Shown here one piece after another: positions 31,201-39,744 of a stretch of 62,853 nt of DNA. The notes beneath the pieces were generated by a model, which ran no database searches, was not told where the DNA came from, and saw nothing but the letters and a program-made list of their open reading frames with translations. The translations under genes and the position numbers were made by a program. The first letter of the stretch is position 1. Each line of letters opens with the position of its first letter. The stretch comes from a virus, in IMG/VR virus record IMGVR_UViG_3300035047_000236; one strand, 5' to 3'.

Positions 31201-33690
31201 AAGGCCATTCTTTGTAGATACGCCCGTGGTCGGCTGCATGGATGTTGTTGCCTGTGAAAAATTCCTACTGTTACCGGACTTATCAGAAAATGCCGATACC
31301 GCACCACCGCTCTCCGTGATAGTGCTGCTATCTGCTGCATCCAGCCATAAAGCAGTAGAAATTTCCTCCGGCGTCCAAGGAATTTCCTTTTCTACCACAG
31401 GAGCCCAATTATTCCTTAATATACCATCTGTAGGATATTCAAAAGAATCTATCCAATAAATATCAGGCATACCAAAAGACATACTATCAATATATATTGT
31501 ATTGTCTGCATCATCATTTAATATCTTAAACTCTATTTTGTTGTATGTACCACTGTTTGTTGTTACATTTATTAATTCCTTTTGCCAAGTGTTTAAATAG
31601 CTGTGATTTATGGTTTTTGTTATGCTTGATAATACACTACCAGCCCCTGAGTAATCTTGGACCATCCCAGAAGTTAAAAGGGTATTGGTTTGGGTGTGGT
31701 AATCTGCTTTAATCCAAGCATCAGATGGGAGGGTATTAATAATACAAACATGCTGCATGGCTCCTTCAAATTCATAGTCTGTCACACCCCCACTATCTGG
31801 CCGATGTCTCGCACCCCATGCCATGCCATTACTAACACCAAGGGTGGGGGTTTGTTGGTTCTCATAAGCAATACTTTTGGAAATACCGTCGAACCAAACA
31901 ACAATTTCGTCATCTGCTTGATTAAAATATACTAAAAGTCGATGGAACTCCCCGTCTGTAAGCGCACTTCCTATGCTTGCCACACCCTCAAGAGTTTTAT
32001 CGGTACCATCTCTAAGCATAGGGGAAATTTCCCCCGCATTAAGTGTATTATGTCTTATCTGCACCCGTGGAGTACCGTCACGCCAGCCGTGATACGCCGC
32101 ACCAACAGCTGTCGAAGCATACGTGTAAATAAAGCTTAGTTCGTTTGGGTAAGACGTAAAATTGGTAACGATGCAATCGTCAGAACCATCAAACTTAATA
32201 GCCTTGCCAATCGCCCCGTCAATTAGATCTTCAGAAGTCATTGATCCTTGTGAAGTACCGTGATTCTCGTTTACCGTCGAATCAATAATACAACCAGCAC
32301 CCCCTGAAGGGTCCTGTGCCATCGTATATACAGCCGAAAAATCACTATTCCAAACATTTTGGGCTGCTATATCACCAGCATAACCAACGTAAGTTGTATT
32401 GTCGTCCTGTACCCCATCATAATACAGGTACAAAGTGGTATCTTCTGTGCTGGAAATTATCCAATCTGCCCTGGATGTCCAAAGGGTGATTTTATTATTT
32501 ACCACATCCCATTGTTCAATTTCACAATATAACTGAGATTGATCAGGTAGTCCAATGGCTATTTTTTTATTATCGGTCGGTAAATATAACTCTATTATTT
32601 GTTCATCTTCTACATCAGAGGCGACATGTTGATCAAACTGACCGTTAAATATCAATTCTGAATTGGAGATTACCGCATTATAGGTTGTGTTTGTTATTGT
32701 GTCTGAAGATATGGTTATTTTTACATTCTTTGAACCTCTTGTTAATTCACCACCATAATAATGATGATTATTGATTTTGATTTTATCAAAATCAATAGCA
32801 GAATCAAAGACACAAATTAACCTAATATTTGTCGTGGAACTGCTAAGGAAACCTTGATTCCAGTAGTCCCCAGTTTTTAACGTAGAGGTATTAAAGGCTT
32901 TATCTGGTGGACCCCCGGAGTAATAAAAAGATGCATAAGCAGTAAATCCGGAAGTTACAGTTATTTTTACACCACTCAAATAAAAATCTACTTGTCTAAT
33001 TCCTGTATAACCACTGTCTCCCCAGTTATCCTCAATATCAAATATAACTGATTTAGCTGTAACTGCTCCCCCACTTAGCTCTACCATAATAGCTTCAGCA
33101 TCGGTTCCAGAAATTGTTATTGGTACTGGAAAATGTGTTAGATCAGCATCAATCTTAGTATGATCTATTGTAAATGGTATTCTGTAAGCCCAATCATCTA
33201 ACCAATAACTTTCTTCCCCTTCATATAACAGAGAAAATTCTAAATTTTTCCCTATTCTTGAAGCTTTTGTATCAAACTTTAATACATTATGTCTAGTACA
33301 GTTTATTGGTTCGTCAAATGTTCTACTTACTGTGTGATTTATTGAGCCGGATATTAATGCGTCTATTCTCATTGAATAGTTCCCGTAAGTTGTTCCCGAT
33401 GTACTTGTATCTGAATGGATCGTTAATGGAACAGTACCACTAGATGTAACCCATTTACTTCTTAAATATTCATCAGTATCATACTCAAACGGGTCTATCC
33501 ATTCTATATTAGGTAATTCTTGAAATGTTTTAAATCTTCTATCAATTATTTGCCAACCATCATTTCTACCAATAACCCACCTTTTTAGTGTTTTATCATA
33601 AAAAATAACTCCCTCATAATCTGGAGACCATGTTGGGGTAGCCTCCATAGCAAACATCTTTTTTATATAACTAAGTACGTTTTGGTCCAT
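28213..33690 (-). CDS. Large modular virion/receptor-binding protein (two DUF2341-LamG units, two WLDAAD lectin-like modules)
   Basis: Duplicated WAYRIPFTIDHTKIDADLTHFPV and WTP..I.TALWLDAAD...KIEGYLAWKWGL blocks. Confidence 0.8.
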   Translation of the reverse strand: MDQNVLSYIKKMFAMEATPTWSPDYEGVIFYDKTLKRWVIGRNDGWQIIDRRFKTFQELPNIEWIDPFEYDTDEYLRSKWVTSSGTVPLTIHSDTSTSGTTYGNYSMRIDALISGSINHTVSRTFDEPINCTRHNVLKFDTKASRIGKNLEFSLLYEGEESYWLDDWAYRIPFTIDHTKIDADLTHFPVPITISGTDAEAIMVELSGGAVTAKSVIFDIEDNWGDSGYTGIRQVDFYLSGVKITVTSGFTAYASFYYSGGPPDKAFNTSTLKTGDYWNQGFLSSSTTNIRLICVFDSAIDFDKIKINNHHYYGGELTRGSKNVKITISSDTITNTTYNAVISNSELIFNGQFDQHVASDVEDEQIIELYLPTDNKKIAIGLPDQSQLYCEIEQWDVVNNKITLWTSRADWIISSTEDTTLYLYYDGVQDDNTTYVGYAGDIAAQNVWNSDFSAVYTMAQDPSGGAGCIIDSTVNENHGTSQGSMTSEDLIDGAIGKAIKFDGSDDCIVTNFTSYPNELSFIYTYASTAVGAAYHGWRDGTPRVQIRHNTLNAGEISPMLRDGTDKTLEGVASIGSALTDGEFHRLLVYFNQADDEIVVWFDGISKSIAYENQQTPTLGVSNGMAWGARHRPDSGGVTDYEFEGAMQHVCIINTLPSDAWIKADYHTQTNTLLTSGMVQDYSGAGSVLSSITKTINHSYLNTWQKELINVTTNSGTYNKIEFKILNDDADNTIYIDSMSFGMPDIYWIDSFEYPTDGILRNNWAPVVEKEIPWTPEEISTALWLDAADSSTITESGGAVSAFSDKSGNSRNFSQATTSMQPTTGVSTKNGLNVLDFAANCLTSDDTPSVWKFLHDATKSSVFAVAQFGDIANPEAVYPLMGTSAGTSGNAGYAVGYEDRPVVTGANDASMIQVGNGSAQLYGRVVWNFGGTDNPIATEFNNLIPAGQFNVVGWLTDPGNATPAARGKTSVNGGNLLGNNEWSATLSTANPTHTLQIGAFGNNVLPMTGKVAEIIIVSGLVDTDTRQKIEGYLAWKWGLEATLPSWHPYESAAPTQEIQAYSDVIEVYTDNSSPTYGNFSLRAEAVISGSKTYGFEKEFTQDIALRDYNSLCFDTKSNRVGENVEFSMSVEGPSDWLGDWAYRIPFTIDHTKIDADLTHFPVPITLSGTDAEDIITEVGSNDKKIAVTLIDNSQLYCEIEQWDTVNDKITLWASRADWIISSTADTTLYLYYDTNQENNTDYIGESGDTAAQNVWNNDFAAVYTMAQDPSGGANCIIDSTGNANHGTPNGSMTSANLVNGEIGKAIDFDGVNDYINFSGLLIPEQTYQYTQVALIKTTKNGDQQHFFAQWNISSSHINHNFAIDGSGFLYIDEYPPSGGAITAPVDITDGNYHYVACSRNGTSVKLYVDGVLALDSSSGETYTGDTPTDSRIGFSTVPSRWFQGQAALFSILITDLSADWIKADYHAQTNTLLTAGEIEDINSSTLINTPISKNIHHNDLNVWQKECIDLSSLFDTSLFYIRKIAFNILNDDLDNTFYIDSMYLSDFQPPIEYISGSLWTPTEITTALWLDAADSGTITLDGSNNVEQWDDKSGNAYSFSQPALAARPTQGTQNLKNTVAFGGSEKLVCDQAASNWAYLHNNTTEYTIFAVLKAGTSTDPDAYMPYFSTCDQTVSQKGAVFSFDDRGGLGRDRALFAYVSGQISPATVSGYANNSLTGNTWGVVMYGLDLDAASADRLVIRCDGTIYADTMISAGSVGVGDPTNTAHVGGAPNYSYGLSGELAEFIIVAGVISTNNREKIEGYLAWKWGLETNLPDGHPYKTVAPYS

Positions 33691-33697
33691 AATTTTC

Positions 33698-33865
33698 CTA
33701 TAAATTGAATAGATCTTTTATTTCTACCCAACCATCTTTATCACCAGTTATAAAAGTTTGGGTTGATTTTACGAAGAAAAATGTTCCTATGTATTCTTCA
33801 GACCATTCAGGTTTGTTTTCTATTGAGAAACTTCTTTTTATATAATCTTGTAATCCTTTTTCCAT
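33698..33865 (-). CDS. 55-aa stand-alone paralog of the N-terminal domain of the 1825-aa protein (not in track)
   Basis: MEKGLQDYIKRSFSIENKPEWSEEYIGTFFFVKSTQTFITGDKDGWVEIKDLFNL vs MDQNVLSYIKKMFAMEATPTWSPDYEGVIFYDKTLKRWVIGRNDGWQII. Confidence 0.7.
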   Translation of the reverse strand: MEKGLQDYIKRSFSIENKPEWSEEYIGTFFFVKSTQTFITGDKDGWVEIKDLFNL

Positions 33866-34065
33866 TATTTTCCGATGTGTTTATTTTTTGGTTTATGATT
33901 TTCTGCGGCGAGAAAATTTTCTATTGCTTTAATGAAGTAATCTTCTATAGACATATTTTCTTTTAATGCTTCTTCTTCTAGAAATTGGTATAAAACCGGG
34001 TCTATATCTAATGAAACATCTAAGGTTCCATCTTCATTTTCTTTTAAATCTAATATTTCTAACAT
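33865..34065 (-). CDS. Small protein, possible ribbon-helix-helix
   Basis: SLDIDPVLYQFLEEEALKENMSIEDYFIKAI. Confidence 0.55.
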   Translation of the reverse strand: MLEILDLKENEDGTLDVSLDIDPVLYQFLEEEALKENMSIEDYFIKAIENFLAAENHKPKNKHIGK

Positions 34066-34129
34066 AATAATATTCCTTTCTAATAATGACGTAAATAATT
34101 ATTTACATCTCTAGAAATATTAAGGTTAG

Positions 34130-36172
34130 TTAATAGGTTATTCCTGGGGTAATTTTTCCAAATATTAGATCGTTGTATTCACCATAAGGTAAATCGTGGC
34201 ATGTAATATAATGTGTTCCTGTATATGTAGTGGTTATGAAAAAACTACCACTTATAGATGTTGTTGTATTCATTAATTCCCCAGTATCGTATCTATAAAG
34301 TCTTATGTTTCTTTCTACATATTGGCTTATACCATCTATTACTGTACCCTCGAAGTAATAAGTAGGTATTTTATCAATGTATGTGGTGGGTAACGCACTT
34401 TTATATGGGTGTCCTGAAGGCAGAGTTGCCTCAAGTCCCCATCTCCAGGCAAGATAACCTTCAATAAGCTGACGGTCTGTTTCTGATGGGATACCCTCAA
34501 GTATCAAAATCTCATATATGTCACCTACTGCGTAATTATTGTATAATTCAAAGTGTGAAAACAGCCTAACGCTACCACCAATAGACAGTTGAGTATATGC
34601 ACCGGTTCCAATTTGCGTCCCGTTTCTTAAAAGAGTGGCAGACGCAGTTAATTGATAATTCAATATTTGGCCGCCAGTTGTGGCCAACGCCATAAAACTC
34701 CAGTCACCATCAAAAAAGCCGACCTTGTTTCTCGGGTTAGAATTATCTACTAACTGGGCTAAAGTTATTCGATTAGTGCCACTTGCGTCGAGAAAATATG
34801 CCAGGGTATTATCTAATGTAGAAACAGATGGATTGCAGGCAATGAATATTGAAAAATCATTCGTAGTAAGAGAAATATCCAAATCCATAAAATCTGAATT
34901 TAAATTAATAATGTCCAAACCATTTTTAGCCTCTACAATCAGTGCTGGGCGGTAGCTGGAATTTGTTTGACTGGCATTTCTTCCGTTACCACTTTTATCA
35001 TCCCATTGCTCCACATTACCGCTTCCATCTAATGTAATAGTGCTGCTATCATCAGCGTCCAACCACAATGATGATGTTATATACTCTGGAGTCCATTCCA
35101 CTTCTTCCACAGTTTCTGGTATGTCTATGGTTTCTGTTTCCCCTTTAGTACTTAATGTATCTGTGAGTGAGGCGTTTGTGGCTTTGATCCATGCGGCTGA
35201 TCGAGATGTGTTTGATATTCTTAGCTCAGCAACAAGCATTTTTGTATTAGCTGAAGCATATAATGGATCGCCAGAAATTCTAAAATCTCCTGGATCGGAT
35301 AATATGGCACCATTTAATGTTGCTGGCGAGCAAGACAACAAACCATCGGTAAATATTTTTACATCCACCCCATCATGTGTACCGGTCAACAAATGATAAG
35401 TATTGTCATAAATGTATGCGGTTGAAATCGCTTCCACGTAAGAAGATCCCCATATGCGAAATGATGGATATGACGTGGTTGAATGCCTGGATTGAAGCGT
35501 ATATGACGAATCGCGACCAAGCACTACTACCTTATCCCAACCGTCAGGGGTGGAGGGCAATTTTAACAGGGTTTCGACAGTGATATTTTCCGGATTTAAT
35601 GGCCCGTTGGCGTCACTACTTACATTGATACAGTCATCCACCCCATCAAAATCAATCGCCTTGCCATAATCCGCGTCAACCAGATCCCCACTGGTCATGC
35701 CGCCGGAAGGCGTGCCGTCATTACTGTTGCTGGTCGAATCAAGAATACACCCCGTCCCGCCAGATGGATCTTGATTCATGTGATACACAGCGGCGAAATT
35801 AGAATCCCACACGTTCTGTGCTACAGTATCACCAGCATAACCAACATAATCATCATTATCTAATTGTTTCTTATCATAACAAAAATATATAGTCGTATCT
35901 GTGACACTAGAAATAACCCAATCGCTTCTAGATACATGATATACATATGATACCCCACTCTCATCATAAGTTTGTTCTATTTCACAATATAAATGATTAT
36001 CATTCTCATCTTTAAATGCTATGCTCTTGTTTGCAGATCCAATCTCTGAATGAATTCCAGACGCTGTAGTTCCAGAAACAACAACTTTAAGAGGAAAATG
36101 TGTTAAATCTTCATCTATTTTGGTATGATCAATAGTTATTGGAATTCTATATTTATAGTAGTTTGATATCAT
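34130..36172 (-). CDS. DUF2341-LamG-WLDAD virion protein, paralogous to the 1825-aa protein
   Basis: YRIPITIDHTKIDEDLTHFP, LWLDADD...IEGYLAWRWGL. Confidence 0.8.
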   Translation of the reverse strand: MISNYYKYRIPITIDHTKIDEDLTHFPLKVVVSGTTASGIHSEIGSANKSIAFKDENDNHLYCEIEQTYDESGVSYVYHVSRSDWVISSVTDTTIYFCYDKKQLDNDDYVGYAGDTVAQNVWDSNFAAVYHMNQDPSGGTGCILDSTSNSNDGTPSGGMTSGDLVDADYGKAIDFDGVDDCINVSSDANGPLNPENITVETLLKLPSTPDGWDKVVVLGRDSSYTLQSRHSTTSYPSFRIWGSSYVEAISTAYIYDNTYHLLTGTHDGVDVKIFTDGLLSCSPATLNGAILSDPGDFRISGDPLYASANTKMLVAELRISNTSRSAAWIKATNASLTDTLSTKGETETIDIPETVEEVEWTPEYITSSLWLDADDSSTITLDGSGNVEQWDDKSGNGRNASQTNSSYRPALIVEAKNGLDIINLNSDFMDLDISLTTNDFSIFIACNPSVSTLDNTLAYFLDASGTNRITLAQLVDNSNPRNKVGFFDGDWSFMALATTGGQILNYQLTASATLLRNGTQIGTGAYTQLSIGGSVRLFSHFELYNNYAVGDIYEILILEGIPSETDRQLIEGYLAWRWGLEATLPSGHPYKSALPTTYIDKIPTYYFEGTVIDGISQYVERNIRLYRYDTGELMNTTTSISGSFFITTTYTGTHYITCHDLPYGEYNDLIFGKITPGITY

Positions 36173-36178
36173 TTTTTA

Positions 36179-36792
36179 TTAATTATCCCTTAAGTAATTA
36201 TAATCTTCTGGTCTTTCGTAAGTAAAACCCGGCCCGAAATGTATTAGGTTGCTGAAGACCCATGTAACTCAACACCAGCTTTGAGTTTTATACCATCATT
36301 ACCACCAACCCAGTCATACGTTAGAGCAAAAGCATTATTCACATAAACATCCACAGTTTTATTATCTATATCTAATCTATAACCTACTATATCATCGTTT
36401 CTTACTATATAGTTAGTGGTTTTATAATTAAGATAATTATAGCCCCAAACTTCTACAAGTACTGAATTATTTGTTGTATCTAATATTAGTAGTTGTATAG
36501 ATATCTTATCAGTTATATTCAAAGCATTATGTTCAATATAATACTTTCCTGTTGTAAGTGTGTTTACACTTGTTCTCCATATACCCTCTCCTTGGGCATC
36601 AACTGTTCTACCTGTTTCATCCAAAAATCCTTCAGATTCAGGATTTAATATAGGAGATGTTTCTGTCTCAATCTCAGTAAAATCCTTATTACTCATAAAA
36701 AATTCACTCAAGGTTGGTCTGATAAACCCTTCAGAAGCTTTTCCACGGTTTTTCTTAAAAGTAGCATCATATAAATTTGATAAATATTTCAT
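36179..36792 (-). CDS. Conserved-leader protein 2: leader plus SPRY-like domain, probable frameshift near 36246
   Basis: LSNLYDATFKKNRGKASEGFIRPTLSEFFMSNKDF, TGKYYIE...DIVGYRLDIDN. The -1 frame continues LIHFGPGFTYERPEDY to stop 36179. Confidence 0.7.
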
Positions 36793-36811
36793 TTTTTTTA
36801 AATTTTCCCCT

Positions 36812-37801
36812 TTATGATAATGTGTTTAATACAAATAACCCCGAATTCCCATCAGTTTCTGAATTGTTTCCAGCGTTATTTGTATAGTCCAAATCATTAT
36901 TATTAGGAACTTCCCCGCCATAAGCATTTAACCTTGTAGTTTCACCGTTACTGACTAGGGAACCATTTACAAAACCAGATCCTCCACCTCCTGAAGATCC
37001 TAATGTGTTGTTTGTAGAACCAGCACCGCCTCCATAATAACCAGAACCACCCCCACCACCAGAGTAGGTTTGGGTTATATTACTTCTAGCATTTCCCCCA
37101 TATAATTTTCCGCCAGGGTATGATATGGTGTTGTGGTATGAAAAAGTTCCAGCGGCGCCTCCAGCATATTGAGTTCCGCCCTGTCCAACTGGTTTATTAA
37201 CTAATGCTCCAGACCCTCCAGTAAGACCACCACCATTACCCCCGGTCCAGCCCTGGCCACTTCCACCGCCCGCACCGGCAATCAACACACTATTATTGTG
37301 ATCTACTGTATTTAAAAACAAACCAGTAAGTCCTCCACCAGATCCAACATATGATGTAGATAGATTAGTTTTGCCACATAAACCTCCTCCACCAAATCCA
37401 CCATAAACACCAGAAACATTACTATTACAAATTAGCCCAGGACCACCTACCCATATTTTATATATTGTATCCTTAAGTAAAAGAATTTCTCCATAAGTAT
37501 AACCACCTACACCACCATTTCTTCCTCCACCAGCACCCCAAAGTTTACAACTTACTGCAGTATCTTTGTCTACAGTAAGAATATATTCTCCTGGCTCCGT
37601 TAATTGTTGTCTTCCACTCCCAAATCTAATATTACTGCCATCAGGTTTAATTATATTTATATAACTAGCCGTTATTACGTAACTAAAATCTTTATGAGTC
37701 ATAAAATACTGACCCAAAGTTGGTCTAATAAAACCTTGAGCAGCTTTGCCCCGCAGTTTTTTAAAATTAGCATCATATAAATCTGATAATTTTTGTACCA
37801 T
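36812..37801 (-). CDS. Conserved-leader protein 3: leader plus glycine-rich domain
   Basis: LSDLYDANFKKLRGKAAQGFIRPTLGQYFMTHKDF, KLWGAGGG...IAGAGGG...GGGSGYYGGGAG. Confidence 0.8.
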   Translation of the reverse strand: MVQKLSDLYDANFKKLRGKAAQGFIRPTLGQYFMTHKDFSYVITASYINIIKPDGSNIRFGSGRQQLTEPGEYILTVDKDTAVSCKLWGAGGGRNGGVGGYTYGEILLLKDTIYKIWVGGPGLICNSNVSGVYGGFGGGGLCGKTNLSTSYVGSGGGLTGLFLNTVDHNNSVLIAGAGGGSGQGWTGGNGGGLTGGSGALVNKPVGQGGTQYAGGAAGTFSYHNTISYPGGKLYGGNARSNITQTYSGGGGGSGYYGGGAGSTNNTLGSSGGGGSGFVNGSLVSNGETTRLNAYGGEVPNNNDLDYTNNAGNNSETDGNSGLFVLNTLS

Positions 37802-37814
37802 TATTATTCTCCTT

Positions 37815-38336
37815 TTAATATATGCCTATTTCTACTCTATTTGATGATGTGTTATAATGAGTGATAACTTCGTATAGTAGTCCATGCATTTCATATGTTT
37901 TACTGTGCCAATAGTATGATCTAAATCCACAATAATGCTCACCTAAATATGCACCTTTTGATGATTTTGATTTTGATACTGACTGTGTGTTACTCCAAAC
38001 GGTAGGTGCTGTAGATTTGTGGTTACCGCAGACATCACCTCCCCAAGAACTTATACTATATCTCTGCCAATTATCAGCTTGTGTCCATCCTTCTGGAACT
38101 GATGATAATGGAACTCTTCCAATAGTTCCATTACCTGTATCAAAAACTTCCCCTCCTAAAGCCAACACTTCGTCTTCTGTATGGGTACTTCCAGGCCAAG
38201 TAAGATATTTGGGTATTTCAATAAAATCTTTATGTGTCATTAAGAATTCACATAATGTAGGCCTAATAAAATTCTGTTTGGCTTTACCTCTAATTTTCTT
38301 AAAAGTAGCATTATATAATTCTGACAAATATCTCAT
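37815..38336 (-). CDS. Conserved-leader protein 4: leader plus unknown Trp/Ser-rich domain
   Basis: LSELYNATFKKIRGKAKQNFIRPTLCEFLMTHKDF. Confidence 0.8.
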   Translation of the reverse strand: MRYLSELYNATFKKIRGKAKQNFIRPTLCEFLMTHKDFIEIPKYLTWPGSTHTEDEVLALGGEVFDTGNGTIGRVPLSSVPEGWTQADNWQRYSISSWGGDVCGNHKSTAPTVWSNTQSVSKSKSSKGAYLGEHYCGFRSYYWHSKTYEMHGLLYEVITHYNTSSNRVEIGIY

Positions 38337-38351
38337 AAGCTTCTCCTTTAT

Positions 38352-39215
38352 TTATTTTAAAAACCTTTTATTAAAAAACTCTTCAACACACTCAAGTTGT
38401 GGGTTCTGGGTGAACTTATATCTATCTAATATTTTATTCATTTCTGTGACTAATTTACCATAGGTTATACTGTAGTTGTATTTCTGCAATACGTGACCTA
38501 ATGTATAGGTCATAGCCCCTTGGTATCTATTACTCAACCAAGCATCCGCACTTGTCTGATTTTCTTGGCAGCCGGATATTAGTATAGCATCTCCTTGATC
38601 TGCTGTATTGATTAGAAAATTATGCTTCGTAGCCCTACAATCATTTTTTGGGTCTGGAAAATCGAAAGAAAGGTCGTTATTTATTATAATAGAGTGGTTC
38701 TTTAGGATATTTGATACAGGTGGAGAGATAAACCTATTCACATAGTCATTTTCAGTTTTTTCTCCAAACGCAGAAAAACCGTTGCGGAGGCCGGTTCCGC
38801 TATGGCAACAATCTAATATTACTAATGTTGTACAATCTTTGGGAACTCTTTTAAAATATGCCCCAATTTCATGATCTCTTAAAGGACTACTCCATGACAT
38901 ATTAATCGGTACTAAAATTTCATCTCTACCATCGACCTCTTCTGAGGCAGTCCAATCATCTACCATAACCTGGCTACCATGACCAGAATAATGAAAAACT
39001 ATATTATCTTCAGAACTAACTCCCTGAGTCAACCATTTCAAACCCATAACTATATTTTCTTTTGTCGCATCATAATCTTCTAATATTTTTATATTTTCTT
39101 GTTTAAATCCAAACTTAGATGTAAGTATTTTAAAAACCATCACACAATCGTTAACACAGCCTCTAAGAGGTGAATTACTATATTTATTTATTCCTACTAG
39201 AAGTGCTTTTTTCAT
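38352..39215 (-). CDS. Metacaspase (peptidase C14)
   Basis: KKALLVGINKY...LRGCVND, HYSGHG, LDCCHSG, QTSAD, GAMT, QNPQL. Confidence 0.93.
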   Translation of the reverse strand: MKKALLVGINKYSNSPLRGCVNDCVMVFKILTSKFGFKQENIKILEDYDATKENIVMGLKWLTQGVSSEDNIVFHYSGHGSQVMVDDWTASEEVDGRDEILVPINMSWSSPLRDHEIGAYFKRVPKDCTTLVILDCCHSGTGLRNGFSAFGEKTENDYVNRFISPPVSNILKNHSIIINNDLSFDFPDPKNDCRATKHNFLINTADQGDAILISGCQENQTSADAWLSNRYQGAMTYTLGHVLQKYNYSITYGKLVTEMNKILDRYKFTQNPQLECVEEFFNKRFLK

Positions 39216-39240
39216 TTTATTTTCTCCTTTTATTTATATT

Positions 39241-39738
39241 TTAAATAACATCACGAACTACACGGAAGCATGCGCCGCCATCTGTATAATAAAAGAAACC
39301 GTCAGATGGTCTCATCATCCACGATTCACCATCTATAATTGGTCCTCCAATTTCCCAATAATTAAGTTCTATAATATCCTTGTTTGCATACATAACACTT
39401 AATTCAGATTTTGTTGGTAATCTCCAATCGTCTTTTTCTAACCAATTTAAATTTTCTACATAATTAGATATTTGATTAAACTGTCTTGACAAAGTGTTAC
39501 CATAATAAGCCCCAGCACTATTATTTGCTCTAGTGTAATATACGGAGCCAATTTGTATTACATCATTAGTCCCAGAAGGACCATAAAGTTCATACCAAGA
39601 CTTGATAATAGGGATCTTTTGAAAATCCTTATTACTAATAAAAAATTCACTCAAGGTTGGTCTGATAAAACCTTCACTTGCTTTTCCACGGATTTTCTTA
39701 AAAGTTGCATTGTATAATTCTGATAGAATTTTTGTCAT
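39241..39738 (-). CDS. Conserved-leader protein 5: leader plus DUF1566/Lcl-like C-type-lectin-fold domain
   Basis: LSELYNATFKKIRGKASEGFIRPTLSEFFISNKDF, DDWRLPTKSEL...YW...FRVVR. Confidence 0.8.
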   Translation of the reverse strand: MTKILSELYNATFKKIRGKASEGFIRPTLSEFFISNKDFQKIPIIKSWYELYGPSGTNDVIQIGSVYYTRANNSAGAYYGNTLSRQFNQISNYVENLNWLEKDDWRLPTKSELSVMYANKDIIELNYWEIGGPIIDGESWMMRPSDGFFYYTDGGACFRVVRDVI

Positions 39739-39744
39739 TTAACA

